Below, piece after piece: positions 37,628-48,124 of a DNA stretch of 64,000 bases. The position numbers and the translations under genes were made by a program. Each line of letters opens with the position of its first letter. Position 1 is the first letter of the stretch. A model generated the notes under the pieces. The model was given only the letters and a program-made list of their open reading frames with translations, had not been told where the DNA came from and did not search any database. Source of the DNA: Rickettsiales bacterium (GTDB lineage Bacteria > Pseudomonadota > Alphaproteobacteria > Rickettsiales > UBA1997); NCBI GenBank assembly GCA_947442475.1, contig CANEVP010000003.1, positions 17,204-81,203 of the forward strand. The letters are read 5' to 3'.

Positions 37628-37993
37628 TTACGAATGAGTCGAATCATTGGTGCGAGCGCGTTTTGTCGCTGGTCCGTCTGTAGAAGCGCCACTTACTGAT
37701 GAGTCAGGAGAGTCTTCATAATAAAGGTCTTCTTGCTCATCTTCCAAGCTTTCCAATGTCAATTCTTCTTCCTGATTCTCTGCAATCAATGCATCTCTAA
37801 ACTGCTCCCAAGCTTCAGAGACGCCATCAGCGCCCCAAAATTCCTCCATTCCATTTAAAGTTTCTTCAATTTCTTGCACGAAGTTCTGTTGCAAAGCTGG
37901 GGTACTTAAAAAATTAACAACGCTCTCAACCAACTCCTCACTGGCGTGAGAAATAATAACTTTGAATCTCTCGCGCTCAGAAAGAATCCCCAA
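37628..37993 (-). CDS. Hypothetical acidic protein
   Basis: 121 aa with a Glu/Asp-rich C-terminal half. I recognise no family. Confidence 0.4.
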   Translation of the reverse strand: MGILSERERFKVIISHASEELVESVVNFLSTPALQQNFVQEIEETLNGMEEFWGADGVSEAWEQFRDALIAENQEEELTLESLEDEQEDLYYEDSPDSSVSGASTDGPATKRARTNDSTHS

Positions 37994-38158
37994 CTCATCC
38001 AGTCTATCGCAGCTAAAGCCAATGTGTCAAAATCCAATGACCCAATTTTTCGCCTGACTTACGCAAATTTTCGGTGAGCAATCATCACCCTTAAAAGGTC
38101 AGCAAATTCGGTCATTTTTTTATTTATTAAGGCTGGGGGCGGGTTCTAAGAGCCCGTC

Positions 38159-38956
38159 CTAAGAAAAATCAAATTTCGTTTCAATCGGAACGTGATCTGA
38201 AGGCTGGGTCAGACTGCGAAAATCTTTGTAAATTTTCATCGACTTAATCTGCTTTTTTAAATTTGGTGTCGCCCAAATGTGATCGAGTCTGCGACCTTTA
38301 TCAGCACCCAGCGGGTCTTTCGCGCGGTAGCTCCACCAACTGTAGAGCTTTTCTTTTTCATCAACAAAAAGTCGATGCGTGTCGATCCAATCCAAGCTTT
38401 TTTGCAAGCGCGCCATTTTTTCCACTTCAATTGGCGTGTGCGAAACAATTTTTAGCAATCGCTTGTGCGACCAAACATCATGCTCGAGTGGAGCAATATT
38501 CATGTCGCCTAAAATGATGATTTTTTTGTCTTTTTGCGGCGCGAAATAATCAGTCATCCAATCAACAAATTTCAGCTTGTGGTCAAACTTGTCATTAAGC
38601 AAAACGTCAGGAATATCGCCACCCGCCGGCACATAAAAATTATGCAAAGCAACTTCGCCAACCTTGGTTTGCAACGTGGCGCAAATGTGACGCTTGTGAC
38701 CGTAATTTTCGATGTCGATTTTCTCAATTTTTGTCAGCGGAAATTTCGAAATAATCGCCACGCCATTGTAAGATTTTTCACCAGAGAATTCGACAAAATC
38801 AAAACCCAAAGCTTTAACTTCCAGCAACGGAAAATCGACCTCTTGCACTTTTATTTCTTGCAGACAAATCACGTCTGGCGTGTTTTCGGCAACAAATTTT
38901 TTTAACAGCGGCAGGCGCAAGCGCAGCGAATTAATGTTCCAAGAAACGATTTTCAT
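38159..38956 (-). CDS. xth: Exodeoxyribonuclease III
   Basis: 265 aa. It has MKIVSWNINSLR, CLQE, LGDMNIAP, and SDHVP at the C-terminus. Confidence 0.95.
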   Translation of the reverse strand: MKIVSWNINSLRLRLPLLKKFVAENTPDVICLQEIKVQEVDFPLLEVKALGFDFVEFSGEKSYNGVAIISKFPLTKIEKIDIENYGHKRHICATLQTKVGEVALHNFYVPAGGDIPDVLLNDKFDHKLKFVDWMTDYFAPQKDKKIIILGDMNIAPLEHDVWSHKRLLKIVSHTPIEVEKMARLQKSLDWIDTHRLFVDEKEKLYSWWSYRAKDPLGADKGRRLDHIWATPNLKKQIKSMKIYKDFRSLTQPSDHVPIETKFDFS

Positions 38957-38965
38957 GAGTTTTAT

Positions 38966-39769
38966 TTAGAGATTTTTTTCAGTCATTTTCACCGCATCAA
39001 CAGTTCCAATGTGAAAATATTTTCCCGGCAATTCAACGCCGCGAATCCTTTGCATCAGACCATTTGCACCAACTGCCGCTTTGTAAAAATGCGACATTGA
39101 AAAACATTTTTCCGGCGCTTTTTGCAAAATTTTCGGATTGATAATTTGCAAACCAACAAAGGCATGAGTCATTTTTTTATCAGGAAATCTCAGCAAATTT
39201 TCGCCAGCAATATTGAAGTCGCCGCCACCGTGAACATTGCCTTCGTAGCCCAAATATTCTTCGGTTTTTTTCAGTCCCAACAAAATGTCGCAATCGCCGT
39301 TATTTTCTCCCATCGCGGCTCTAACGCGTCCGCTCGATCCCTCAAGGGATCCTGCTTCCCAAGCGTCACAAATGGTTTTAATGTCAGAAATTCCGCCAAC
39401 ATCTTGCCACAAAACATCGCCGTTAATTGCCAAAAGCGGTTCATCTAAATTGATTTTATCGCTGGCAAAAACAAGGCCGCCGCCGGTTTCAACTTTTTCA
39501 ACTTCGCGCGAAAAAATAATTTTCGAATTATTCAAATTTTTAATGTGCGCTTCAAGCTGGTCGGCAAGATAAAATCCGTTAATGATGATTTTTTTAATCT
39601 CAGAAATTTTGTCTAATTTCTCGATTGCGTAATCAATGATCGCCTTGTTTTTAATTGGCACCAATGGCTTGCATATCGCGTCAGTAAGAGGTCTCATGCG
39701 CTCGCCACGACCGGCAGCAAAAATGAAAGCTTGGGTAATTTTAGTCATTATTTTCTGCAATATTTTCAA
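38966..39769 (-). CDS. Sugar-phosphate nucleotidyltransferase (MurU-like)
   Basis: 267 aa. It has the N-terminal [12 protein letters not shown] motif. It lies near tsaE, as is often seen in alphaproteobacteria. Confidence 0.7.
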   Translation of the reverse strand: MKILQKIMTKITQAFIFAAGRGERMRPLTDAICKPLVPIKNKAIIDYAIEKLDKISEIKKIIINGFYLADQLEAHIKNLNNSKIIFSREVEKVETGGGLVFASDKINLDEPLLAINGDVLWQDVGGISDIKTICDAWEAGSLEGSSGRVRAAMGENNGDCDILLGLKKTEEYLGYEGNVHGGGDFNIAGENLLRFPDKKMTHAFVGLQIINPKILQKAPEKCFSMSHFYKAAVGANGLMQRIRGVELPGKYFHIGTVDAVKMTEKNL

Positions 39770-41507
39770 TTAAAAAGCCGCCCACTTGCGCGTCCCACAG
39801 TTTTTTGTAAGTACCGTTTAAAGCAAGCAAATCTTGATGCGAGCCATCTTCAACAATTTTGCCTTCTGCAAAAACTAAAATACGATTCATGTCGGCAAGC
39901 GTTGAAAGCCGGTGCGCGATGACGATTGTGGTTTTATTTTTCATCAAATTTTGCAGCGATTCTTGAATCAAATTTTCGGTGATTGAATCAAGTTGGCTGG
40001 TTGCTTCGTCCAAAATTAAAATCGGGGCGTTTTTTAAGAAAGCCCGCGCAATAGCGATTCTCTGGCGCTGACCGCCCGATAATTTTACGCCGCGCTCGCC
40101 AACCAGAGAGTCGTATTATTCGGGTAGCGCTTCGATAAACTGATGCGCGTGAGCTTTTTTTGCGGCCTCGATGTAGTCGCCCTCAGAGCCGTAACAAATA
40201 TTTTCTTTTAAGCTGCGGTGAAAAAGCGAAGGATCTTGCGGAATCATGCCAATTGCGGCGCGAAGTGAGACTTGCGTCACTTTGGAAATGTCTTGATCGT
40301 CAATTAAAATGCGTCCGGAATTGACGTCAAAAAAACGCAAAATCAAATTTACGAAAGTGGTTTTGCCGCCACCTGAATGTCCAACTAAACCAACTTTTTC
40401 TCCCGATTTTATTAGCAAAGATTTGTTGCAAAAAAGCGGCTCAGAATTTTTAGCGTAAGCAAATCCGACATTTTCAAAAATGATTTCGCCGCGAGTTGCT
40501 CTAAGAATTTCGTCAGGCTCCACATCCTTGATTTGCAAAGGCTCATTGATGATCGACAAAGCTTGATTAATGGTGCCGACATCTTCCAAAAATCCGTTCA
40601 TTTCATTAGCCGACATCCACATTAAATGAATAATCCAATTGTTGATTGTGAACAGCAAAAGGAAGTCTCCCAGCGTCACTAAATTTTGCGCGTAAAGCCC
40701 AATCAAAGCGACAATGCAAAATATAAAATAGATCGAAAAAGTAATGGCGTGGAGAATGTAGAATTTGATTAAAAAAATATTTCTGCGTTTGGAAATTTTC
40801 GTGTAATCATCTTGCAAAGCCTTGATTCTGTTGCTTTCAAAGCGCGCGCCGTTGAAGAATCTAACGTTGGAAATATTGCTTAAAACATCGACCAAATTGC
40901 CCATGTTTTTGGTTTGCTGATCTGCCGTTGCAACTGAAAGTGGATCAACAATTTTCGCCGCTTTTAGCGCCATCAAAATGAAAATTGCTGCCCAAATAAT
41001 CAGGCCGAAAGCAAAAACTTTATGCACCGAAAATAGCACAACAAAAGCGATCGCCAAACTTAAAATTACGTTTAAGAAACTGTAAAGAATGCGCCCAAGC
41101 ATTGGTGGCGTGCAGCCCGCGAGGTCGCGAATTTTATTGGCGAGTGATCCTGAAAAATTATTTTGAAAAAAATTGTGCGAATGTTGCATCGCGTAATCCA
41201 TCGATTCGACGGTGATTTTTTTCTTCATCGCGGGCGTCAAATTCATCCAAGAAAAATCAGAAAGACGCCAAACTATTCCCGGCACGATAGTGAAAATAAT
41301 CAGCAATAGCGCGATTGGCCAGACTTCTGCGACAATATTTTCGCTAGGTGTCGTCGCCAGCTTGTAGATTAAAAGTTTTGAAATGTAAGGCCAAAGCGAA
41401 AGGTCGATCGCGTTGTAAAGCACCACAAAAAGATGCAGACCAACGTAAAATTTGAAGGGCTTAATTGAAGAAAGCAGAAAAGAAAAAGCGGTTTTTGGTT
41501 TTGTCAT
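39741..41507 (-). pseudogene. ABC exporter (fused TMD-NBD, MsbA-like) interrupted by one in-frame TAA
   Basis: The upstream ORF ends ..HQFIEALPE-TAA (stop at 40116-40118). The same frame continues directly as [44 protein letters not shown]... Walker A GHSGGGKT lies upstream, and the signature and Walker B lie downstream. Confidence 0.85.
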
Positions 41508-41659
41508 TTTCTTCTGGTTTTTTCGTTTTTTGGCAAAAATTTCTAACCAACTTTAAGCATTGGGAGAGAAGGAATTGCAGATTATTTCTTGAATTTTCGC
41601 CTTAAGGCTAAAATTCACTAAAAAATGACAGCGCAACTTGCTGTAAAGAGAGTTTTTTC

Positions 41660-42520
41660 TTAAATGATATCCAGCCCGATATCTACCGCTCTTGCTGAAT
41701 GGGTAAGCGAACCAATTGAAATAAAATCAATTTTTAGCGCCGAATATTTTTTGATATTTTTCAAATTGACGCCGCCAGAAATTTCGATCTGAGCTTTTTT
41801 ATTAATTATTTTAATCGATTTATTGATCTCTGATATTGTCATGTTGTCGAGCATGATGATGTCGGGGCTTGATTTTACTGCCTCGGCAACTTGCACTGAA
41901 GTGTCGCACTCAACTTCAATTTTTAGTTTTTGTTTATTTTTTTTCGCCGCCTCAATTGCTTTTGTCACACTTCCAGCTGCCGCAATGTGATTGTCTTTTA
42001 TCAAAATCATGTCACTTAAATTGAAGCGATGATTTTTTCCACCACCAGCCACAACTGCATATTTTTCTAAGGCACGCAGGCTTGGCAGAGTTTTTCTGGT
42101 GTCTAAAATTTTAATTTTTTTATTAGCCAAAACTTGCACAAATTTTTGCGTCAAAGTTGCAACACCACTTAAATGTTGGATCAAATTTAGGATAACTCTT
42201 TCGGCAGCAAAAATTAATTTGGCATCGCCTTGGCCGCGCGCAATTGCTTTCTTGGGGCTTGCGGCGACTCCATCTTGGATCAAAATTTTTAGATCAAGTT
42301 TGGCATTTTTGAATTTTGGTGATTTTTTTAGGGCCGCAAAAACTTCTGAGATTATTTCTTCGCCGCAAAAAATAATTTCTTCGCGAGATCTGATTTCAAA
42401 AGCGATTTGGCTGTTTGCAGGAATAGTTAAATCAGAGGTAACGTCATCAAAAGCGCAATCTTCGCGCAAAGCATTTTCAACAATTTTGGTGATCTCTTTT
42501 TTTAAAGCTTCTTGCTGCAT
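41660..42520 (-). CDS. nadC: Nicotinate-nucleotide pyrophosphorylase (quinolinate phosphoribosyltransferase)
   Basis: 286 aa. It has typical NadC blocks ..ILDTRKT.P..R..EKYAV..GGG.NHR..L.D..LIKDNH.. and IEVE. Confidence 0.9.
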   Translation of the reverse strand: MQQEALKKEITKIVENALREDCAFDDVTSDLTIPANSQIAFEIRSREEIIFCGEEIISEVFAALKKSPKFKNAKLDLKILIQDGVAASPKKAIARGQGDAKLIFAAERVILNLIQHLSGVATLTQKFVQVLANKKIKILDTRKTLPSLRALEKYAVVAGGGKNHRFNLSDMILIKDNHIAAAGSVTKAIEAAKKNKQKLKIEVECDTSVQVAEAVKSSPDIIMLDNMTISEINKSIKIINKKAQIEISGGVNLKNIKKYSALKIDFISIGSLTHSARAVDIGLDII

Positions 42521-43260
42521 TTGCGTGGATCAAATTTTTGTTTTTGCAATTTTGCGAGGCGCGCATCGATGAAATGACGCATGAAATTTAACTCTTCCGG
42601 CTTGATTTGGCGCGCGCCGCTTTCGCTTTCTTTGATTAGAGCTTCAATAACCGCGAAGGCCATGCAGCCGTCACCCATTTCTTCGTGAATGAAAGCGGGC
42701 ATTTCTTTGGTCCAAAATGGCGCGCTTGGAGAATTATTTTTACTCAGCTTGTAAGCGATGTCTAGTGCGCGATTAATGTCATGCATGTTGTTTTTTGCGA
42801 TGTAGGTGGCTTGAAATAACCACCACCATTTTGTATCTAAATCTTTGGCGGCATGCTCATCAAGATAATCAACAACGTAGTGCACATCTTCTGTTCTTTG
42901 GGTTTGCGAATAATAATACGCCGCAATTGCTGGCACAAAATTTGATTTGGCGTTTAAGGTATCAAGCATTGTCATCCATTGATAGACGCGAGAATAATCG
43001 TAATTTTTTAGGGCGACAAATCCGGCAAAAACATCCCCCGAATTTTGCAGACGCGTTGCCAAAACGCGGAATAAAAATTCTTTGTCGCCGAGCGAAAGTG
43101 CTGAAACTAAATATTGATTTGGCACGGGCGGCACAATGTCGAAATGCGGTTTAAGATTTTCGGTTTCTCTCCAAAAAAAAAGCTGACAGATGAAGGTAGC
43201 GACAAAAAGCCAAAAGAAAATTTTGTGCGAATAAAGATGATAAAAGAGGCGCGGGCTCAT
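42502..43260 (-). CDS. Hypothetical protein with N-terminal TM anchor
   Basis: 252 aa. I recognise no family. It is the third gene of the secretin operon. Confidence 0.5.
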   Translation of the reverse strand: MSPRLFYHLYSHKIFFWLFVATFICQLFFWRETENLKPHFDIVPPVPNQYLVSALSLGDKEFLFRVLATRLQNSGDVFAGFVALKNYDYSRVYQWMTMLDTLNAKSNFVPAIAAYYYSQTQRTEDVHYVVDYLDEHAAKDLDTKWWWLFQATYIAKNNMHDINRALDIAYKLSKNNSPSAPFWTKEMPAFIHEEMGDGCMAFAVIEALIKESESGARQIKPEELNFMRHFIDARLAKLQKQKFDPRKCSKKL

Positions 43261-44022
43261 TTAGAATTGCTTCTTTTTGAAGTCGTGAAAAGCCATGAAA
43301 ATCATGAGCGGAATGTAGATCAGAGATTGGATTAAAATGATTTTCAAATTGCTGAATTCAGAAACGCCGTAAGACAGCCACTCGCTTTGAGTGAAGAGAT
43401 CGAGACGCGGAAAAAGTGCCGAAAGAAATTTCAAACTAGCGCCGAGTAAATGGCTTTTTGCTTGGGCAATATCTTGGGGCAAATTGATCGCCAAAACGAA
43501 CATTCCCATTAAGCGCGAAATAATGTAAAAGCCAAATGACGCCATGATCGCCGAGAAAGAATTTTTCAAAATTAGCGAGGCAAGAAGCGAGAAAGAAATG
43601 ACGATCATTAGCTCAGAAAGTAGACTCGCTGACCAGATTAAAAGCCCTAATTTATTGGCCTTAGTTACGATTAAAATTGCCGCAAACAGTGGAATAAAAA
43701 TTAGAAAAGCGGCAACGAAAAATCCGATGATGTAGCTTAAAATAAACTTCTCACGCGAGATTGATTTAGAGATAATGAATTCAACTTCTTTATTTTCGAA
43801 AGCGCGCGCCACACTGAGGCAGACAAATAAAATCATGCCGATGGCAAGAATAGCCCTAGATGATCCGGCGATGTAGGCTGCGGTTGTTTGCTGCGCTTCA
43901 ACGAAAGAGGTTGATCCCAAAAAAATCGAAAGAGAAAAAGACGCAGCAAGCGTAATGAAAAGGCCGATATAGAGACGATCTCTAATACCGGCGAGAAGGA
44001 TATATTTTAGAATTGATTTCAT
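43261..44022 (-). CDS. Polytopic membrane protein (ABC-2-type permease-like)
   Basis: 253 aa with about 6 hydrophobic segments. It abuts the neighbouring genes with spacers of 0-2 nt. Confidence 0.55.
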   Translation of the reverse strand: MKSILKYILLAGIRDRLYIGLFITLAASFSLSIFLGSTSFVEAQQTTAAYIAGSSRAILAIGMILFVCLSVARAFENKEVEFIISKSISREKFILSYIIGFFVAAFLIFIPLFAAILIVTKANKLGLLIWSASLLSELMIVISFSLLASLILKNSFSAIMASFGFYIISRLMGMFVLAINLPQDIAQAKSHLLGASLKFLSALFPRLDLFTQSEWLSYGVSEFSNLKIILIQSLIYIPLMIFMAFHDFKKKQF

Positions 44023-44024
44023 GG

Positions 44025-45569
44025 CTAGTTATTGGTGCCGAAGAAACGACGTCTATTAGTATCAAATTTTTGCTGGAAGTCGCGATCAATTTTGCTAACC
44101 AAAGCGGGACCTTGTTTTACGATGGTTGCCTTGATGAAGATTACAGTTTCGATAATTTCAGTTTCTTTTGAAACCGATTTAAAGAACCAGCCCAAAATCG
44201 GAATTTCGCTTAAAAACGGAACCCCCGAATCATCATTCTTCGTGGTATCTTTCATTAGACCGCCAATAACAATAATGTTGCCACTTCTAACTTTGGCGAT
44301 GGTGTCGATTGTTCTTTTATTAACAACTGGAACCAGGTTTACTGCGCTTACCGCAGGATCTTGCACTGACTTGCTTAGCACAGAAAGTTGCGGCTTAACA
44401 CTCATTACAATTTGGCCAGTTCTTGTATTGATTGACGGCGTAATATCGAGCTGAACACCGACTTCTTCTTCTTGTTTTGTAGTAGTGATGTTTGACGTTG
44501 TGGTTGAGGCGGTTGCGGTGATTGTGCTTTGGTTTGAATCAATTTTAAAATAAACTAATTTATCGCCAAAATTGAGAGAGGCTTTTTGGTTATTCATGGC
44601 ATGAATTCTTGGACTAGAGATTGTGCGAGCACTGCCGAATGCTTCAAGCGCACTAACCGAGGCAATAAGATCTGAGTTAAAAAGCTCACTCGCTACGTAA
44701 GTGATTCCGCCGCCGGCTGTAAATCCGTTGGATGCTGTTAAAGAGTTTTTACTGCCAATCGTAGACCAGTTTATGCCGGTTTTGTAGCTTTCGCTGAGAG
44801 AAACCTCAACAACTTTAGCCTCAATTAAAACCTGAGCAGAAGCTGATTGTTCAACATCCGCCAAGTAGCTTTCAATCATTGCGTGCTCTTTATCGGTAGC
44901 AAAAACCGAAAGGAGGCCGGCAGATTTATTTGAAGAGATTGACGAGCTGCCCACTGGCGCCGACGAGCCATCTTCACTAGCTACAACAGCCGGAGTTGAA
45001 TTAGATAAAATGGCGCCGACGTTAGTTTCAACATCTGACCAAAGTTGACCATCAATCAAATAATCTACGAAATAATTTTTCATGTAAGGCGTGTCGCGCT
45101 CGAAATGCAAAACGCCATTTTCATAGGCGTAGCGCAAGTTTCCAAGAGTCGCGATGCGATCGATTACTTCTTTAAAAGGACGATTTTTAGCATTGATAAT
45201 TACGCCGCCAGAAATGCCTGGATCAAGATCAACGTCGATTTGCGCAACGCGTCCAAGCTCAATTAAAACGTCCTTCAAAGGCACTTGTTCAGTTACCGAA
45301 AATGACAGAGTTTTGCTGCCGCCAATTGTTGGTGGCGGTGGGGTCATGATTAATTTTGAAATGCTTGGGATTGGCGCTTCATCTTTTGCCGAGTCTTTTT
45401 TTTTGGCATTCTGTTTTTCTGGACTCTTCATCAAACTTTCTTTGATTTCTTTTCTGCTAAGTCCATTTTGAGTATCAAATGGATCTATCTTGCCCCGGTA
45501 GCATGAGAACTGCATAGATAGCAACGATAAGACCAGGATTTTTTTCAGGAGATTCTTGAATTTAAACAC
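44025..45569 (-). CDS. Secretin-family outer-membrane lipoprotein (GspD/PilQ/MshL-like)
   Basis: 514 aa. It has the lipobox LLSMQFSC and the C-terminal secretin block VIGGLMKDTTKNDDSGVPFLSEIPILGWFFKS..ETEIIETVIFIKATIV. Confidence 0.8.
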   Translation of the reverse strand: MFKFKNLLKKILVLSLLSMQFSCYRGKIDPFDTQNGLSRKEIKESLMKSPEKQNAKKKDSAKDEAPIPSISKLIMTPPPPTIGGSKTLSFSVTEQVPLKDVLIELGRVAQIDVDLDPGISGGVIINAKNRPFKEVIDRIATLGNLRYAYENGVLHFERDTPYMKNYFVDYLIDGQLWSDVETNVGAILSNSTPAVVASEDGSSAPVGSSSISSNKSAGLLSVFATDKEHAMIESYLADVEQSASAQVLIEAKVVEVSLSESYKTGINWSTIGSKNSLTASNGFTAGGGITYVASELFNSDLIASVSALEAFGSARTISSPRIHAMNNQKASLNFGDKLVYFKIDSNQSTITATASTTTSNITTTKQEEEVGVQLDITPSINTRTGQIVMSVKPQLSVLSKSVQDPAVSAVNLVPVVNKRTIDTIAKVRSGNIIVIGGLMKDTTKNDDSGVPFLSEIPILGWFFKSVSKETEIIETVIFIKATIVKQGPALVSKIDRDFQQKFDTNRRRFFGTNN

Positions 45570-45803
45570 GGAATTTTTCGTTAAATTAGATGTGAGATAT
45601 TTTACTAAGCAGATAGATCAAAAAGATTTTTTATTTGCGCAAGTTTTTTAATCAATCTTTACTCTGCAAAACTTTTCTGCTCAAAAAAATCTGTCTAGAA
45701 AAATTAACAAGATTGCTGCTTTCTTGATTTTACTAAAAGCAAATTTACGATCTCACGCACTTCTTTTTTTCGCACAAATTCTCCCAAAAAATTTCTAAAA
45801 AAA

Positions 45804-47081
45804 ATGCTCAAAGAATCGGATAAAATCTTTACCAATCTTTACGGTTTTCAGTCTGCAAATTTAGAGGCTGCAAAAAAAAGAGGGGACTGGTTGCAAACTA
45901 AAAATTTCCTCGATCAAGGCTCTGATTGGCTGATCCAACAAGTTAAAGATTCTGCGCTGCGCGGCCGCGGCGGCGCTGGTTTTCCAACCGGCATGAAATG
46001 GTCATTCGTGCCAAAAAAAGCAGATCCAAAAGAAGGCAAGCCTCATTATTTAGTAATTAATGCTGACGAATCTGAGCCGGGCACTTGCAAAGATCGCGAC
46101 ATCTTGCGCAACGACCCTCACAAACTTTTAGAAGGATGTTTACTCGCTTCTCGTGCCATCAATGCCAACACTTGCTACATTTACATTCGCGGAGAATATT
46201 ATAACGAAGCTGTAGCGCTGCAGCGGGCAATCGACGAAGCCTATGATGCAAAACTGATTGGCAAAAACGCCTGCCAAAGCGGATGGGATTTAGACATTTT
46301 TGTTCACCGCGGAGCTGGCGCTTACATTTGCGGCGAAGAAACTGCTTTGCTTGAAAGTCTCGAAGGAAACAAAGGTCAGCCTCGTCTGAAGCCTCCATTT
46401 CCTGCTTTAATTGGGCTTTACGGATGTCCGACAGTAATTAACAACGTTGAATCAATCGCCGTTGTTCCAGAAATTTTACGTCGCGGACCATCTTGGTTTG
46501 CAGGTTTGGGTCGCGAAAAAAATACCGGCACTAAAGTTTTTTGCATTTCTGGTCACGTTAACAAACCCTGCAACGTTGAAGAAGAAATGGGAATTTCTCT
46601 GCGCGAATTAATTGAAAAACATGCTGGAGGTGTCCGCGGCGGTTGGGATAATTTGCTTGCCATAATTCCCGGCGGCTCTTCTGTGCCAATGCTTAACAAA
46701 GAAGTTTGCGACACTGTGTTGATGGATTTCGATTCACTAAAAGCTGCAGGATCTGGTCTTGGAACTGCAGGCGTCATCGTCATGGATAAATCAACTGACG
46801 TAATTGCGGCAATTGCGCGCCTTTCGCATTTTTACAAACATGAATCTTGCGGCCAATGCACGCCTTGTCGTGAGGGCACAGGTTGGCTAATGCGCATCAT
46901 GGATCGCATGATTAAAGGCAAAGCAGAAGTGAAAGAAATCGACCAACTTTACAATCTCACCAAACAAATTGAAGGTCACACAATTTGCGCTTTGGGAGAC
47001 GCCGCCGCTTGGCCAGTTCAGGGTTTGATCAAAAATTTCCGCGGCGTGATGGAAGAGAGAATCGCAAAAAATAAATCATAA
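45804..47081 (+). CDS. nuoF: NADH-quinone oxidoreductase subunit F
   Basis: 425 aa. It has the FMN/NADH site [13 protein letters not shown] and the 4Fe-4S ligands [12 protein letters not shown]. No other nuo genes lie in the window. Confidence 0.96.
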   Translation: MLKESDKIFTNLYGFQSANLEAAKKRGDWLQTKNFLDQGSDWLIQQVKDSALRGRGGAGFPTGMKWSFVPKKADPKEGKPHYLVINADESEPGTCKDRDILRNDPHKLLEGCLLASRAINANTCYIYIRGEYYNEAVALQRAIDEAYDAKLIGKNACQSGWDLDIFVHRGAGAYICGEETALLESLEGNKGQPRLKPPFPALIGLYGCPTVINNVESIAVVPEILRRGPSWFAGLGREKNTGTKVFCISGHVNKPCNVEEEMGISLRELIEKHAGGVRGGWDNLLAIIPGGSSVPMLNKEVCDTVLMDFDSLKAAGSGLGTAGVIVMDKSTDVIAAIARLSHFYKHESCGQCTPCREGTGWLMRIMDRMIKGKAEVKEIDQLYNLTKQIEGHTICALGDAAAWPVQGLIKNFRGVMEERIAKNKS

Positions 47082-47395
47082 AATACATGCGAGCCTGACG
47101 AGATAATTCTGAAGCTAAAAATATAATTCTAAGTCCGAGAACAGCGCAAAAATAGTGCGAATTCGCCGAGACAATCTTTGGAAATTCAACAAGGATATGG
47201 AAAAAGGATCGACAGAAAAAAATCCACATTATTGGAAAAACTTATTGCGAAAGTATCGGAATTGCCTGTGTTCGCACTACCTCAAGATTAGTGGGTGCAT
47301 GCAAGCAGGGCGTTACATCTTTCTTAAAGATGATGGGTAATAATGGAGCGGTAAGTCTTGAGAGAGGGGAGGAGCCGGTAAATATTGAATAACTG

Positions 47396-48124
47396 ATGAA
47401 TGAAGCTCAGACACAATCTCCAGGCAAGTATGACTCAGCGATCATCGCTAGCATGGACACTCCGATGTTTTTATATGGTATGACTTGTGAGGATTTTATT
47501 AAATCTCTTCCGGACAAAGTTACGACCAAAGAAATTATCAACCTTGCCAACAGCTATTATGAAAGTGACTCGAACGCATTAGCCACAATTAATAAAGTCA
47601 CAATGAGTGACGAGGAAAGAAAAATTTTTATGCAAAATAGAAAAATATATCGCCTAGATTTCATTACCCTGGATCTCAAGGATTTAGGTAAGATTGATTA
47701 CCCTAAAATGTCGCAAGCTATTTTTTACAGTTCAATTATCGGTAGTATAAAACATCCGGATAAAGTGGAGAAAGAAGTTTCCGATAAAATTCAAAAGCTA
47801 CTAGATCCAGAAAAGAAAAGTCCGGTAAGTGTAAAAAGACTTGAGGAAGCTCTTGATAAGCATTTATCCAACATCCACTCGCAGCTGAAAAGTGAAGATA
47901 AGTTAGATAGCATGAGAGCCGTTTTATACAGCTATCAATTTATGTATGGCGGAGAAGTAAAGCCTATTGGCCTAGCAAACTTTACTGTACCAGCGCAACA
48001 CGAAGGAGAAGCTGTTAATGATTCTCCAGCTCCTGAGCAAACCACAGCTGTAAGCTCAGCTTCTGCGGTTAATTTAGAAACCGGCAGATTGAGTGCAGAA
48101 CAAAATAATTCACAATCCATGTAA
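47396..48124 (+). CDS. Hypothetical protein
   Basis: 242 aa. I recognise no family. Its stop overlaps the ispDF start. Confidence 0.45.
   Translation: MNEAQTQSPGKYDSAIIASMDTPMFLYGMTCEDFIKSLPDKVTTKEIINLANSYYESDSNALATINKVTMSDEERKIFMQNRKIYRLDFITLDLKDLGKIDYPKMSQAIFYSSIIGSIKHPDKVEKEVSDKIQKLLDPEKKSPVSVKRLEEALDKHLSNIHSQLKSEDKLDSMRAVLYSYQFMYGGEVKPIGLANFTVPAQHEGEAVNDSPAPEQTTAVSSASAVNLETGRLSAEQNNSQSM

Noticed and set aside
40116-40118. Possibility that the in-frame stop in the ABC exporter is recoded (selenocysteine, pyrrolysine or readthrough)
   Set aside because: The codon is TAA, not TGA or TAG. No SECIS-like hairpin is evident, and the homologous position is normally Gly. A nonsense mutation or sequencing error is the simpler explanation.
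47082-47395. 314-bp gap after nuoF with a 61-aa ORF (47155-47340), considered as a small gene or ncRNA
   Set aside because: There is no RBS, no recognisable motif, and no convincing conserved-looking secondary structure. I cannot support either call from sequence alone.
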